A stretch of 64,000 nt of DNA, taken from NCBI RefSeq assembly GCF_009914755.1, contig NC_060947.1; one strand, 5' to 3'. This stretch comes from the human T2T-CHM13v2.0 reference genome, Homo sapiens. Shown piece by piece: positions 1 to 16,651 of this stretch (positions are counted from its first letter, which is position 1; each line of letters begins with the position of its first letter). The translations under genes and the position numbers were made by a program. Under the pieces are notes generated by a model that was given only the letters and a program-made list of their open reading frames with translations, did no database searches and was not told where the DNA came from.

Positions 1-1290
<1,290 letters not shown>

Positions 1291-2205
1291 AAACCCAACA
1301 ACCTAAGACTGGGCAACCTTGAAGACTTTAACTCTCAAGTTTGTCCACACTGAGCCTCCAGCAGTTCATCAGTTACAGTTTAAGTTTTCTGCACCATTAC
1401 TGGCTCCAAAAGTGATTTCTGTTTCTGGGCTTCTGCTTCAGTAAGCTGTGATTCTCTGTATCCACCTGTCTAGCTCTCCAGTTTTGGGGGCACTGCTTTG
1501 CTCTGTGACCTTAGTTCTCCGATGAATCTGAGAAGAGTTACTGATTTCTGCTTTGCTCAGTTTCTGTTCTTGTTGTGAGGATGAGAGTGATGACTTCTAA
1601 GCTCCTTATATGCCAGACCAGAAACCAGAAATTTCCAATAAAAAGATATTTTCTTGTTTAATTTTGAAAGGTGATATTAAGCCTCTGCCTGGCACAACCT
1701 CTCTGGTCCTCCACAAGCTTAGGCCAACTCAGGACCCCGGTGTAGCCAGCCCTGGAGGGCCTCCACACCCTGAAGCATGAGGGACATGCCTGGAGCCAGC
1801 AGCTTTACAGAAGAGCTCTGGGGAGCAGGTTTCTGGGTGGGGGTTATAGAAGCTGTGGCTCAGCATCTGCAGCTGGAAGCTAACAAAGTGATGCATTCAT
1901 TTGAGGTATTATCACAGAATGGGCTTGTGTACCTTGCAGCTGTCATCAAAAACCATCATTCTTCCAACAGTAACTTGTCCACAAACCGCATTTCCTCTTT
2001 GCCTCTGGAGCTGCATGAACTAGTAGTGGACTAGATTTTTGCCTGGATTCTATCTCTACTTGTGAGCAAGCGTTTTCCTTTAGTGGAAATTCCTTTATTC
2101 ATAGTTGCCAAAAATTGGAAGCAACCAAGAGGTGCTCAATACGTGAATGAATTAATAAACGGTGGTACTTACAGACAATGAAATGTTATCAATAAAAATA
2201 AGTCA

Positions 2206-2540
2206 GGTCGGGTACGATGAGTCACACCTGGAATCCCAGCACTTTGGGATACCAAGGTGGAAGGATCGTTTGTGGCCAGGAATTCAAGACCAGCCTGAGC
2301 AATATACTGAGACCCTGTCTGTACAAAAATTTAAGAAAATAGTTGAGCGTGGTGGTGTGTGCCTGTAGTCACAGCTACTCAGGAGGCTGAGGCAGAAGGA
2401 TTTCTTGAGCCCAGGAGTTCAAGGTTTATTATGGACAGTGAGCTGTGATGGTACCACTGCACTCCAACCTGGGTGACAGAGCAAGACACTGTCTGTAAAC
2501 AACAACGATAAAAACAAACAAATAAACAAACAAACAAAAA
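2206..2540 (+). repeat. AluJ
   Basis: Diverged Alu with an (AAAC)n tail. Confidence 0.88.
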
Positions 2541-3194
2541 ACCCACGGAGGAACCTAGTGAAGAAGCCGGTCTGAGAGGACAACATATTGTGTGATTCCA
2601 ACTGCATGACTTTCTAGAAAAGGCAAGCTGGAGAGACAGTTACAAAGATCAGTGGTTACCAGAGTTTTGGAGGCAGCAAGGGAGGGATAAATAGGTGAAG
2701 CACACATATTCATTGGGTGGTGAAACTGTAATGGTGGATACACAATATTATGCATTTGTCAAAACCCAAAGATCCTTGCAACACAAAGAGTGAACCTTCA
2801 TGTAAACTACGGACTTTAGTTAAAAACAATGTATCAATAATGATACTAGTTCATTAATTGTGAAAAATGTAGCATACTAGCAGAGGATAATAATAGAGAA
2901 AACTTTGTACAGGGGACAAAAGGAGTATATGGGAAACGTACTATCTCCTCAATTTTCTACCAGTCCAAAATTTTTCTAATAATAAAGCCTATTCATTAAA
3001 AAACAACTAGAACTAAATATACAACTAACAAACAACCCAGCAATCACACACCTGGGAATTTATTTTAGAAAACTAACAACTTATATTCACACGAAATCCT
3101 GTACAAGAATGTTCACTGCAGCTTTATTAATAAGCAAGTACTGGAAACAGCCCAGATGTCCCTCAACAGACTAATGGTTTAAAAGACAACTGCT

Positions 3195-3498
3195 GGCCGG
3201 GTGCGATGGCTCGCACCTGTAATCCTAGCACTTTGAGAGGCCGAGGCGGGTGGATGACCTGAGGTCAGGAGTTTGAGACCTGCCTGGCCAACATGACGAA
3301 ACCCCGTCTCTACTAAAAATTTAAAATTAGCCGGGCATGGTGGCGGGTACCTACAATCCCAGCTATTTGGGAGGCTGAGGCAGAAGAATCAGTTGAACCC
3401 GGCGGGGAGCGGAGATTGCAATGAGCTGAGATCACGCCACTTCACTCCAGCCTGGGTGAAAGAGCGAAACTCCATCTCGAACAAACAAACAAACAAAA
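3195..3498 (+). repeat. AluS
   Basis: GGCCGGGTGCG start and (AAAC)n tail. Confidence 0.9.
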
Positions 3499-4555
3499 CC
3501 TGTGGTTCATCCAGGTCCCTTGGAATACTACTCAGCAATGAAAAGAAATAGACTGTTCATACACACAATAAGCTGGATGAATCGCCAGACAGTCATGCCA
3601 GATTTTTAAAAAGCCAGTACCAAAAGCTTACATAATTGTATGACTGCATTCAAATAACATTCTTGAAATGATAAAATGATAAAAATACAGAACAGATGAG
3701 TGGTGTTTCTAGGGGTTGAGGAGGAGAAGGTGGTGTAGGAAGAAAGTGGCTGTGGCTATAAAAGGGCAACATGAGGGACCCTTGTGGTGACTGTTCTATG
3801 TCTTGACTGTATCAAGTTAATATCCTAATTGTGATACTGTACTACACTTTTGCAAGATGTTATCATTAGAGGAAGGTACATAAAGGGTGCACAGGGTCTA
3901 TCTGTATTATTTCTTACAACTGCATGTGAGTCTACAATTGTCTCAAATAAAAATTGAACTTGAATAATAATATGTAGACAATGCTCCCCTTTATTGCCTG
4001 CACGGGGGAGGAGCCACTCCCACACCCCATCCTTGGTAGCCAACTGCTCCATTCCAAAGGTATTTTTTAAGCGAGAGTGTTGCTGAATCAGTGTTGGATT
4101 TTCAATGTCCAAACACCATTAATTTAGTGCTTCAGAGTGCTGTTCATGATTTTTAGTAGGAAGGTTTTTGGTTTTTATGAGGGCAATTACTTTGTGTGCC
4201 TTTTATGGGGGGCGACGCTGGAACCATACACATAACTCCTCTCCCCAGCTGGGTCCACAGCCCTGCAAGCACACACGGATATACCAACCTTTTCCTCTTC
4301 TCCCATGGGCCAATGTGTTAAGGAGGAAATTTGTCTCCAGAATTCAGCCCCGACCCAATCCTTCTCCTATGTGCTTGGCTAACTGTGAATCAACCTGGCT
4401 GGGGTTGCCCATGTGACCCCAACCGGGCAACACCCACCTCCATCTCTTCCCACACACTACCTCTTCCCTCCTTCCTCTCTCCCCACCATCGGAGAACATG
4501 TAGACACACATATCAGTTTACAACAGACTCATTTAGTTTTCTTTTTTGATTTAGA

Positions 4556-5490
4556 TTTATTGTTATTGATAAGGTTTATAATAACAAATTAAATATTTAA
4601 AATCAAAGGCCAATTATTAGGTCTCATTTAGTTGCTTATTTCATTTACTTTTATTTACCTTCCCCTAGTGTCTGAATAACTATCAAGAAACAAGTCAAAC
4701 CTGTGAAAATACCTGTTAACATTCAACATATATTTTTATATATTTCTGTTCTATGAGTCATTTAATTTTCATCACCATGGAGCATGCCCTGCTGGGTATA
4801 AAATGTACCCTAGACCTTGTTGGCTATTTCTCTGGGGACTAGACCTCTGGTGACTTTGCAGATAGATCTCAGGTCTCTGGTATTGCCCTGAAATTACTGG
4901 CTGCCCAGGGGACACACTGGAGATGGTTTTGGTCCCGCTGTGGCTCGTTTTGATTGAGCTCCTCATTCAGCTGGTCACGGTGGCCTGGTAGTGTTGGCCT
5001 ACTCCCTTCCTGGAGTTTTCCTCAAGCAGTGGTCATTTTGGGAGAGGCTTCTTTTCTGGAACGCCATCAAAGTGTTTCTTTTCCCTTGCTGGTTTGGGAA
5101 CCTGAAAGGACAACAAGGAGATCACAGAAAGGCATTGGTTTTGGGGAAGTGGATGGAGGAGGGATGGAAAGACGGGTTTCATGAGAAGGGATACAGGCTG
5201 GGGTGGGGGGTTGTGTCAGGCCAGGATAGGGTAGAAGTCTTGGGAGGGAGGAGTCAAGGGGAAGACGAGGAGGAGCTTGGGTGGGTTCCTCACCTTGATA
5301 GGGCTTCTGGACCTTGACTGAGAAGGGGTCTTCCTCCTCCTCGCCTCTTTGGTGTTGGCAGGTGGTTGTTCCACAACTGGGCTGGAGGCTTATGGTTTCT
5401 TGGCCATCTTCACCTTGTCCTCGTCTCTCAATGGTCTACTCCAGGCCACCTGGCCTCCCCATATATACCCCTCCCAGGACAATGACGAAC
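4556..5490 (-). pseudogene. Two-exon CXorf51/CYPT-like basic testis-protein pseudogene
   Basis: Exon 1 (5407-5294) reads MAKKP*ASSPVVEQPPANTKEARRRKTPSQSRSRSPIK|GTGAG. Exon 2 starts at 5101 (tttcag|GTT) and includes frameshifted SRPTLPGHRDQLNEELNQNE. TATATA at 5461-5467, TGACG at 5483-5487, AATAAA at 4556 and 4650. Confidence 0.65.
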
Positions 5491-6279
5491 CACATCCCTA
5501 AGCTTTGACTAGTCAGAGAGCCACTACCCATCCAGTGGTGGCTCTGGAAGGCTTAAATATACAAAGCACCAACCTGACACCTCTGTGGTGATGGTGGGGG
5601 AGGGGTGGCAGTGAGGGGGCCAAGATGCTCTGGTTGGAGAAACGTAGCATTTCATTAGCAACCCTATACAGCCATCCAAACTAACCTGCTACCCTCTCCA
5701 TCTCCCCATATTAAGTTCTGGTGGGTCACATCGTGGGGAGAGAGTGTTCCCTCCAAGCCTTCCCCCATGGCCACCTCATTGAGTGGCTCACTCCATTCTC
5801 TCCTACCCTTCACGATTATCTAATTTTTGTACATCTTACCAAAAATCCCTCCAAGGTAATATGGCCGATTTAGCTGTATGCAGAGATGTGAATCATCCCA
5901 CTTCCCTCCTAAAAATTTATCCTATGTAACTTGAAGACCACTAACTTCTTGGTTACTGTCAGGGAAAAGTTCCATCCCGCATTCTTTTCCTAGTGTCCAT
6001 AGAGGTCCCTTCAGTTTTCTGTTTTCCAATCTGAAATCGCTGCCTTCAGGCTGTCAGGCTCTCATGCTGTAAACAGCCTTGTTCTACTGAGTATCTTATT
6101 AGTCTTGTTTCAACTATGGGCATTGTGTTCATCTCAGTCTGTGTAGTACCAGATTTGGGTTTTAACAGGAGGGATGAGGGAGATATTCATTTGCCAGAAG
6201 TTGTGCGGGGTGTTTGCATGCAGGAAACTACAACCTAAGACATTTGAGTTCACAGAGGTGGAGTGGTTGTTCAACATTA

Positions 6280-8785
<2,506 letters not shown>

Positions 8786-9357
8786 CAACCCAGCTGATGA
8801 TTGTTCTTCTCAGATTTCTCAAAACTACTCCTGTACATTGTCGTATACTCCCTCCCCCTCTGGCTTCTTTCCCCTGGGTTCCAGGGTCCCTGTCCCTAGT
8901 GGGCTGAACTCTGGATTCAGAGCTCTGAGTGCCAGCCTGCCTGGGGCTCTGTGGACTTGGTTTTGCATGTGGTCTCACTCATGAACTCTGACAATTGCTC
9001 TCCCCTGGATCCACCCAATGCCCCTCACGGGCTGAGCATGTCCTGTCTGCTCTCCTTCCGTGCCTCCTGGTCAGTCTGACTGAATCTTTTTTCCTCAAAT
9101 GAAAAACATATGTTGACATTTCAAAATTTTAAATTTTAAATCATGCCCAGAGGAATAGTCTTACTTAGAACACTGCATAAATCCAGCTTCGTATGGGTAA
9201 GAAATTAACTTAGTGTTCTAATTAACCTAGCTAGAAAATGCAGAGACACAAATTAAAGTAACATTGAGAAAATATTTTTCACTCATATTTTTGATCAAAA
9301 TTTTAAAATTAATATAGTAAAATGTTCACGAGAGTATAAAATGTCCACATACATTAA

Positions 9358-9829
9358 TGCCAGATCTGACTGGCAGACGCTGACCGAGCGATGGATAAAA
9401 AATGTACTCAGACACAGGTATCCAGTGAAAGAGAAGGCTAGGGGACTGGGCCATTCACATAAAGAGTTGTAGCAGCCATGGCCCCAACAAGCCGGCACTG
9501 CGGGCAAATATTCACTACAGATTTAATGACAAAGGCTTTGAGTCAACACATCTTGTGGGTAATTAACATGGCCGCCCCCCAGAGAGAGCAGTCCTGCACA
9601 CAGATGGTTAAAGGCCAGGTTTCGGGCCTAAGTAAACTAACTGATCTAGATCAATTCCTTTACACTTCCTTGTTATCTGCTTTTTGCTCTCTGGCTTTGG
9701 ATAAGAGACTTTGGCTGCCTTCAGCCAAATTTTTGAAGCTTTTGCAAAACCTCCTGGCCTTCCAAGGCTTGTGTTTTTCCTATAATTCCTTCTTATAATT
9801 TCTCCCACCACCCTGACCTATCTCTTACA
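9358..9829 (-). repeat. 3' LTR (LTR22-type, 472 bp)
   Basis: Starts TGTAAGAGATAGGTCAGGG right after the polypurine tract AGAAAAGGGGGAGA (9830-9843) and ends GATCTGGCA. Confidence 0.9.
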
Positions 9830-9899
9830 TCTCCCCCTTTTCTGTTTTTTTGCATCAGATTTTGTTGATTGAAGAGCACAGATGTGTACAGCAACATGT

Positions 9900-11799
9900 T
9901 TGTCTGGCACAGCGGTTATAACTCATATTCTGGCTTTGAATCCTAGAATTAGTAAATAACATAAGGCAAACATGAGTATAATTCACAACGTTCTTTTCCA
10001 ATCAAGGAGTGACCCCCAGGAGTGGGGATCTATCCAGGAGAGATGTTCTCTCATACCCTTCCGTATGGCTATTTGTTGGGCTTGTAGGTCTATGGCGTTT
10101 AGGGATTCTAGAATTTTAGTTTTAAGTTGCTTTACGTCTGCTGTTAAATTATCACGAAAGGTTCCCCAGAGGTGCTGTTTCACCTTATCCCAACTATGTA
10201 TTGATTGATTCCAAGGTAGAGAGGTAACACAGATGTGCCTAAGCTCCCAGTCACAGTTTAATTGCTGTTGGAACGCAAGTGCATCTTGTTGCTCCCCTAC
10301 ATATTCCAAGTCAGCCTCAAGGGCTTGCAGATGTGCAAGAATCTTTTGATCTATACCCTGCTGTAAGAGAAGTACATCAGACACATTTCTGGCCAAATTA
10401 TCTACAAAAGTAGCTGTCTGTACTGATTCAGTAATAGATGCTACAGCAACACTAGCAGTTGCTAGGATGACTATGGCTGAGACCATAAAGGCTATAAGTG
10501 TAACTATAAATCTTTTGCGTCTGACCTGGGACAGGGCACATTCTAAGGTGGCAAGGGCAGAGGAACCTTGCCAATTGCATGTTAAATTGACCGGTAGGAA
10601 AGCCTCAGATTGTCTCCTCAATACCATGACACTAGCAATATTTAAATTAGATATATTATAATTAGTGATACAAGAGATGAACCAAGCCTGTCCCTGCATT
10701 CGAGTCACAAACGTGGAGTTTTGGGGTGTAATAGAAATATTGGTTCCCATAAGGAAAACATATGGATGGGTAGTGCAAATCAGGCAAATCAGGCACTGAT
10801 CGGTGTGATTATGAAAAAAGGTCATAGTATAATTGTGACTGGAATTATGATATGTCCCATGCCAGGTGTTAAGGGAAGTGCTAAGATGTCCCAGGTGCCA
10901 TAAAGTGTCTTGGGGTGGCATGGACTCTACTTGGGGTCTGGGATATCCCTCCCCCCATCGGCCCAAATTATAGGGGAACGGGATGTGGCTACAAAACTGC
11001 CATTGATGCCAAGATAGACATGGACATCAATACGATCGCCCTGCAAATGGCTGGGAGGACTCCAGTCTAAGATGTTATAATTGCTTAACTGGAGGCTACA
11101 GGCCTGTTCCCCGTGACAGACCTCCCAGCTAAAGTGGAATCCATTACTTTCCCAGCTTTGTTCTTTAGCACAGGGAGGAATGTTTGGGAAAATGGCATTG
11201 ATTGCATTGCCTGGTTTGAGGCTACCTGCTACTAAGACTGTTAAAGCATTTCCTTTGCCACAATGTAGCCAAAATTGTGTTTGAGCAGGTACACAGTAAG
11301 GGTTAGAACTTTTATAACTTACACACAGTGGGAGGATAGTGGAGTGATATGTAGTGTTACCTGGCACCTTAGTCCACTGTGTGCCATTAATGAGGGACCC
11401 CACTAGGGGTAAATCTATCTCTCCCAGCCAAGCAGTTATGTTATTAGAGGCTGGGAAGGGGGTGTCTGCCCAGGTGATGGGGCAGAAGAAGGGCAGATCT
11501 AAGCGATGAGTCCAATAGAGTGCAGCAGGTGCAGATTGCAGACAAAGCGAGAGCATAAAAAGGATCAATGCCCTACATGAGTTGCAATGTACAACAGAGA
11601 GCATAGCAAGGAACAAATTATCTGGAGTGAATGGTGTCTGTGTCCGGAGCAGGATTCGCTCGGCCTCCTGAGTTGTCTTCTTCAGCATCCCCCAGGTAAT
11701 GTCTGGGGCTTGTGTCATCCGAGGAAGCAGTATTGTCTGGGGCTGCGGGTCCTGCAGGGTCATTTTCTTCATTTCTGGTATGGGTTGGGTCCTAGTCAT
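9900..11799 (-). pseudogene. HML-5 env with a 1-nt frameshift in SU and a stop before the membrane anchor
   Basis: ORFs 10927-11889 and 9983-10966. Signal-like LILFMLSLCLQSAPA, furin site RRKR, fusion peptide FIVTLIAFMVSAIVILATA, and CX7C (CDWELRHIC). Confidence 0.88.
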
Positions 11800-14330
11800 G
11801 CCATGGTATGGTTTGATGCATCCTGCTGGAATCCAAAGAGGATCTGAGGGGGTGTGAACACAAGCATATCCTTTCCCCCATTTAAGCAATTCATTTGGAC
11901 CATACCATACATTACTGTTTACAACTTTCTGTAAAACAGCAGGTTTTATGTCTTGAGAGGTTTTAGCAAAGTGCTTTTCTACAGCTGATGGAAATTTATC
12001 TTTAAATTTAAAAAATTAAGGGTAAATAAGGCTTGTGCCAATAGTGTTGCAGTGTCCTTAACTCATATTCCCCCTTTTTTGTTTTTTTGAGCATATTTTT
12101 AAAGGTGAAATGGACACGTTCTACTATGGCCTGTCCTTGGGGGGTTATGCGGGATGCCTGTGGAATGTTGGATGTTCCACATGTGACAAAATTGTTGAAG
12201 CTGTGAGCTGGCATAAGCCAGACCGTTATCAGTTTTATTCTTTGTGGGCCGCCCCATAAATGCAAAAGTTAAAAGAAGATGTTTAATGACATATCGGGTG
12301 GACTCTCCAGGAAAGGCATGAGCACTAATTACATGAGAATTGGTATCAATGGACACATGTACATATCTTAGTTTTCCAAATTCAGGGATGTGTCTAACAT
12401 CTGTTTGCCATAACTGATTAGGTTCTAGTCCTCTAGGGTTAACACCTGTAGAAGGAGGGGATGTGCCTGTGAGCTGGCAATCTGGGCATTGCAGGATAAT
12501 TTGTCTAGCTACTCTCTGGATAAGTTGAAATCGTTTGGATAAGTTTCTCCAATTTTGGTGGGAAAATTGATGTTATTGGGTGGATTGGTTAAGCCGTGAT
12601 GTCACCACTTGTAGGTCTGCTTGTTCATTGTCATAAGCCAGTGGGCCAGGCAGTGAGCTGTGGGCTCGAATATATGTGATAAAAATAGGATGTGTACGTT
12701 GATCTAGCAATTGCTGAAGTCGAACAAAAAGTGCACACAGTGTGGGCTCCAGAGTGGACTTAATGAGGGTTGTTTCAAGGTTCTGCAGTAAATAAATAGA
12801 GTAAGCAGGGTCACTAACAATATTGATGGGTTGAGCGAAAAAATTCTCGAAGGCCAATATTAAGGCTCCAACTTCAGCTCTCTGAGTGCTAGTAAATCCA
12901 GAATGAATGAGGGAATTATGCGGTCTCCACCAAATAGCCGCTTTTCCATGTTTACCAGAGCCATCGGTAAACAGTGTTAAAATGTTAGGTATGGGGGAGT
13001 GAGCTATTTTTGCAGGCAAAACCACAGAAGTATGAGATAAGAACTGAAGTCATTTATCAGCAGGAAGGGCATGCTCTACATGGCCTGTGTAATCAGAGAG
13101 TGCTGTTTGCAGGCCTAAAGATAAAGGCAATACTGCTTCGAATTGCTTTTTACTCAAAGGAATTCTGATGACATCAGGATCATAACCTAGCAACCTATTG
13201 CATTGTCTGCGGCCTGAATGGATGACTTTACTAATTAGCTGGATATATAGAGAGAGTGTTTTAGTCCTATTATGTGGGCAAAAAACCCATTCTAGAAAGT
13301 GCAGCCCTGGGCCCATCTGTCCTATTAATCCTCTTGGGGAATGTTTAGTGGGAAAAACAAACAACTGAACTGAATATCATGGAGCTATGCAATCTAGTTG
13401 CCTGTGAGAAATAGCTTGCTCTACTCCCTCAATTTCCCTTTATGCTGCAGGAGTTAAGTGCCTAGAAGAGTCTAGAGCAGCATTGCCTTTTAATATAGAA
13501 AACAGGTTTTGGAACTTATAAGTAGTTATGCCTAAGGTGGGGCGAAGCCAGTTAATATTGCCTAGTAATTTCTGGTCATTATTTAAGGTGTGTAAGTTGC
13601 TAGTATTTAATTTAACCTTTTGAGGTTTTGCTGACCGGGAAGTTAGTATGTGCCCAAGGTATTTCCTAGGAGAGGACATTTGTACTTTTTCAGGTGCTAT
13701 GATTGAACCTCTTAACTGCGTGTTCTTTACGACAGAGGAATATAAACTTAAAAGTACTGGCTCTGTTGGGGCTGCTGGTAAAATATTATCCACAAAATGA
13801 ATAATCTTGCAATTAGGAAATTATTTTCTACTGGGGAGCAAAGCTTGATTTACATGTTACTGACACATGGTAGGACTGTTCAGCATTCCTGGAGGAAGCA
13901 CTTTCCAATGAAATCTGCAAGCTGGCCTTTCATTATTGATAGCTGGTATTGTAAACGCAAATTTTTCTCTGCCCTGTTTTGCAAGGGGAATAGTACAAAA
14001 GCACTCTTTTAAGTCAATAACAACTGTAGGCCAATCTTGAGGAATCGCCGTGGGGGAAGGGAGCCCCTGTTGAAGGGGCCCCATAGGTTACAAATTAGCA
14101 TTAATAGCACATAAGTCATGCAAAAGTCTCCATTTACCAGACTTTTTGGGAATGACAAAAATGGGCAAATTCTAAGGGCTATTTGATGGTTCTATATGGC
14201 TGGCTTTTAATTGCTCCTCAACTAGTTCATGGGCTCTTTGTAATTTCTCTCCCTTTAAAGGCCACTGTTCTACCCAAACTGGATCTAGAGAGAGACACGT
14301 GAGGGGTAGGGGAAGAATTACAACAGTGGC
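11800..14330 (-). pseudogene. HML-5 pol remnant (RT, RNase H, integrase)
   Basis: [32 protein letters not shown], a degenerate catalytic motif FVDN, RNase H FTDGSG, and integrase CPDCQ/WQTDV/KTDNG/IVER. Multiple stops. Confidence 0.87.
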
Positions 14331-15050
14331 CATTATTAGAAAGGGGTCTGTAGAGTGATCCCCACATTGGGCTAATAGGTCCCGCCCCCAAAGATTAACA
14401 GGGATGGACATGATTAGAGGTTGTATAACTGTTTTTCTTCCCTCCAAATCGCAACATATTAGGGGGCGTGTGCTCTGCTTGGCTGTGTGCGCTTCCCCGA
14501 TGCCGACAATTTTTCGTTTCTGAGTGACCGAAGGCCAAGTTTCTGGCCAGTTTTGATCGCTAATGATTGAAATATCCACCTCTGTGTCCAATAAGCTAGT
14601 AACATTTTTATTTCCAATTTTTAAGGTAATCATGGGTCTCTGATAAGCGATTAATTGGTTCCAATATACTCCTGTGGCTCCCGTGCTTCCAAAACTTCCC
14701 TTTCCCCTTTCTTTTCCCTGGGCTTTGGGGACCCAGTATGGTAAGAGTATTAACTGGGCTATCTTTGATCCAGGGAGAAGAATATGCAGACCTTTACGTT
14801 CCATCATAACTAATATTTCACTTTGATAATCACTATCAATTACTCAAGTGAGCACATTAATCCCTTGACTGGATAGCCTTGATTGCCCTAGGACTAATCC
14901 CACTGTTCCCGGAGGCAGTGGGCCCCAGATCCTGGTTGCAACCCTTTTAGGGTCTTCTCTTTCTTTTAGCACTAATTCGTTGGGGCAGAGTTAAGTCCAG
15001 TCCTGCGCTCCCAGTGGTGGCTGCTCTGAGAGAGAGGACTGTGGGCTTTC
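14172..15050 (-). pseudogene. HML-5 dUTPase-protease remnant
   Basis: dUTPase motifs VIDSDYQSEI, KIAQLILLP and RGKGSFGSTG. Protease LLDTEVD (DTG changed to DTE) and NLWGRDLL. Confidence 0.85.
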
Positions 15051-16499
15051 CATCTGACTGAAGAAAGCCGCTGGCATTGCCCGTTTGGAGCGGGGCCTGG
15101 GGCTGGCCCCTCATGAAGTTTCCCGCCTGATTACTTAGGGGGTTGCTGTTTTTATCAAATTTGGACCCGCACTGATTTGCCCAATGTTTCCCCTTTTTAT
15201 ATCAGTGGCATATAGAAGGGGGTTCTTTTCCTGAATTACCTTGCTCTCTACTACTGGGGCATTCCTGCTTCATATGGCCTGGCTCTCCACATAGAAAACA
15301 ATTTGGGTTTCTCTCCTTTTTCACTTTAGGAGGCCTTAATGCCATAGCCAATATTTTTGCTTTGTGTGTTTCAGTCCCCACCAGTTGACACGCTTGTATA
15401 AGTTCCCCAACTATGGCTGCCTTTCCTCTGATTGCCTGCATTGCTTGCTGGCAGTCGATGTTAGCATTTTCATAAGCCAATTGCAACAATAAGATAACAG
15501 CGGCCTGGGCATGACTAATTTGTCTTTTAATTGCCTGGGTTAACCGATTGATAAATTCAACAAATGGCTCCTGAGGCCCTTGTCAAACATTTATAAAAGA
15601 TCCCTGTTGAACTCTGCTCTCGGGAATTCAGTCCCAAGCCCTGAGAGTGCACAAAGACACTTGTGCATAGGCCTGGGGATCAAAATTTAGTTGTTGTTGT
15701 GCATCAGCATGGGGACCCCTCGCCTGGAGCATAGCAGCTGTTATGTTTTGCCCGGCCAATTGATTCTGGTTGGCTTGTTGTTCGCATATTCTGCCCTCCA
15801 GAGGAGGTATTGGCTGGGCCCCAAAGTTGTTTTAGCTAGCACTGACCAGTCCCATGGGGTCATACAGAAGTTGTCTGACATGGCTTCAATTATTCCTTTT
15901 GCAAATGGGCTAGTGGCTCTGTTTTCTTTAATGCTTTTTCTTATCTCTTTATAAGCATTAAAAGAAATGGGTTCATATACCCGATTGCCTTGTTGATTTT
16001 GCATTACCAGGCAGGCCAAGAGCTCCCCTTCAAATGCCACTTGCCTAAGATAGGGTCCTATAGCTGTAGCGTATCCCTTGTCTTTTTTCCAATTTATTGG
16101 AGGAGAGGGCTTAGGCAAAACCTCTTTGGTACATTTGCCCAGAAACAGCCGGGCTGAGGGAGATAGAAGTGGTAAGGTAGGTGATGGTTCCTCCTCCCTC
16201 CCCTTTTTAGGCTCTTCTGTGTATAGCGGGACCAAAGCAACCCTAACTAAAGCCCATAACGTTAGAGATGTTACTGGGACCCGCTGCCCTTGTGCATGAT
16301 GTTGTTTAGGATTTCTCCCAACTTGTTCCCAGAGCTCTACGTCTAGCGTACCTTCTTCCGGGAACCATGGGTTATGGGAAGCAACAGTTTGCATTAGGTC
16401 CCTTAACTGAGCCTGCGAAACTGAGGCTCTGCTAGCTTTAAGCAGCTGTTTCAATACTTTTATATACTGTTGCTGTTGCGCTGATACCTGTTGTCCGAT
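15050..16499 (-). pseudogene. HML-5 gag remnant (MA/CA/NC)
   Basis: Start codon mutated (ATC GGA CAA CAG in place of MGQQ). Matrix motif NPWFPEEGTLDVELWEQVG. Zinc knuckle CFLCGEPGHMKQEC. Frameshifts and stops present. Confidence 0.85.
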
Positions 16500-16631
16500 G
16501 ATGAAACCCTAGCCTGAACAATTCCTTCGAACTTAGAAATCCCGAGCGGGCACCTATGACTTATTGACTTAATGACTGCGCAGTCTCTTCACCTTCGTTT
16601 TCGAGGGTTCCGTTGTGATCCGTTGCAGTGT

Positions 16632-16649
16632 TCCTCACACGGGGCACCA
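16632..16649 (-). promoter_or_regulatory. Primer-binding site complementary to the 3' end of elongator tRNA-Met(CAT)
   Basis: TGGTGCCCCGTGTGAGGA lies 2 nt after the 5' LTR. The + strand reads TCCTCACACGGGGCACCA, the tRNA-Met 3' end as I recall it. Confidence 0.85.
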
Positions 16650-16651
16650 CC

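Larger units (their letters stand above)
2085..3960 (+). repeat. Old L1M 3' fragments interrupted by Alus
   Basis: L1MB/MC-like 3' UTR motifs. Confidence 0.7.
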
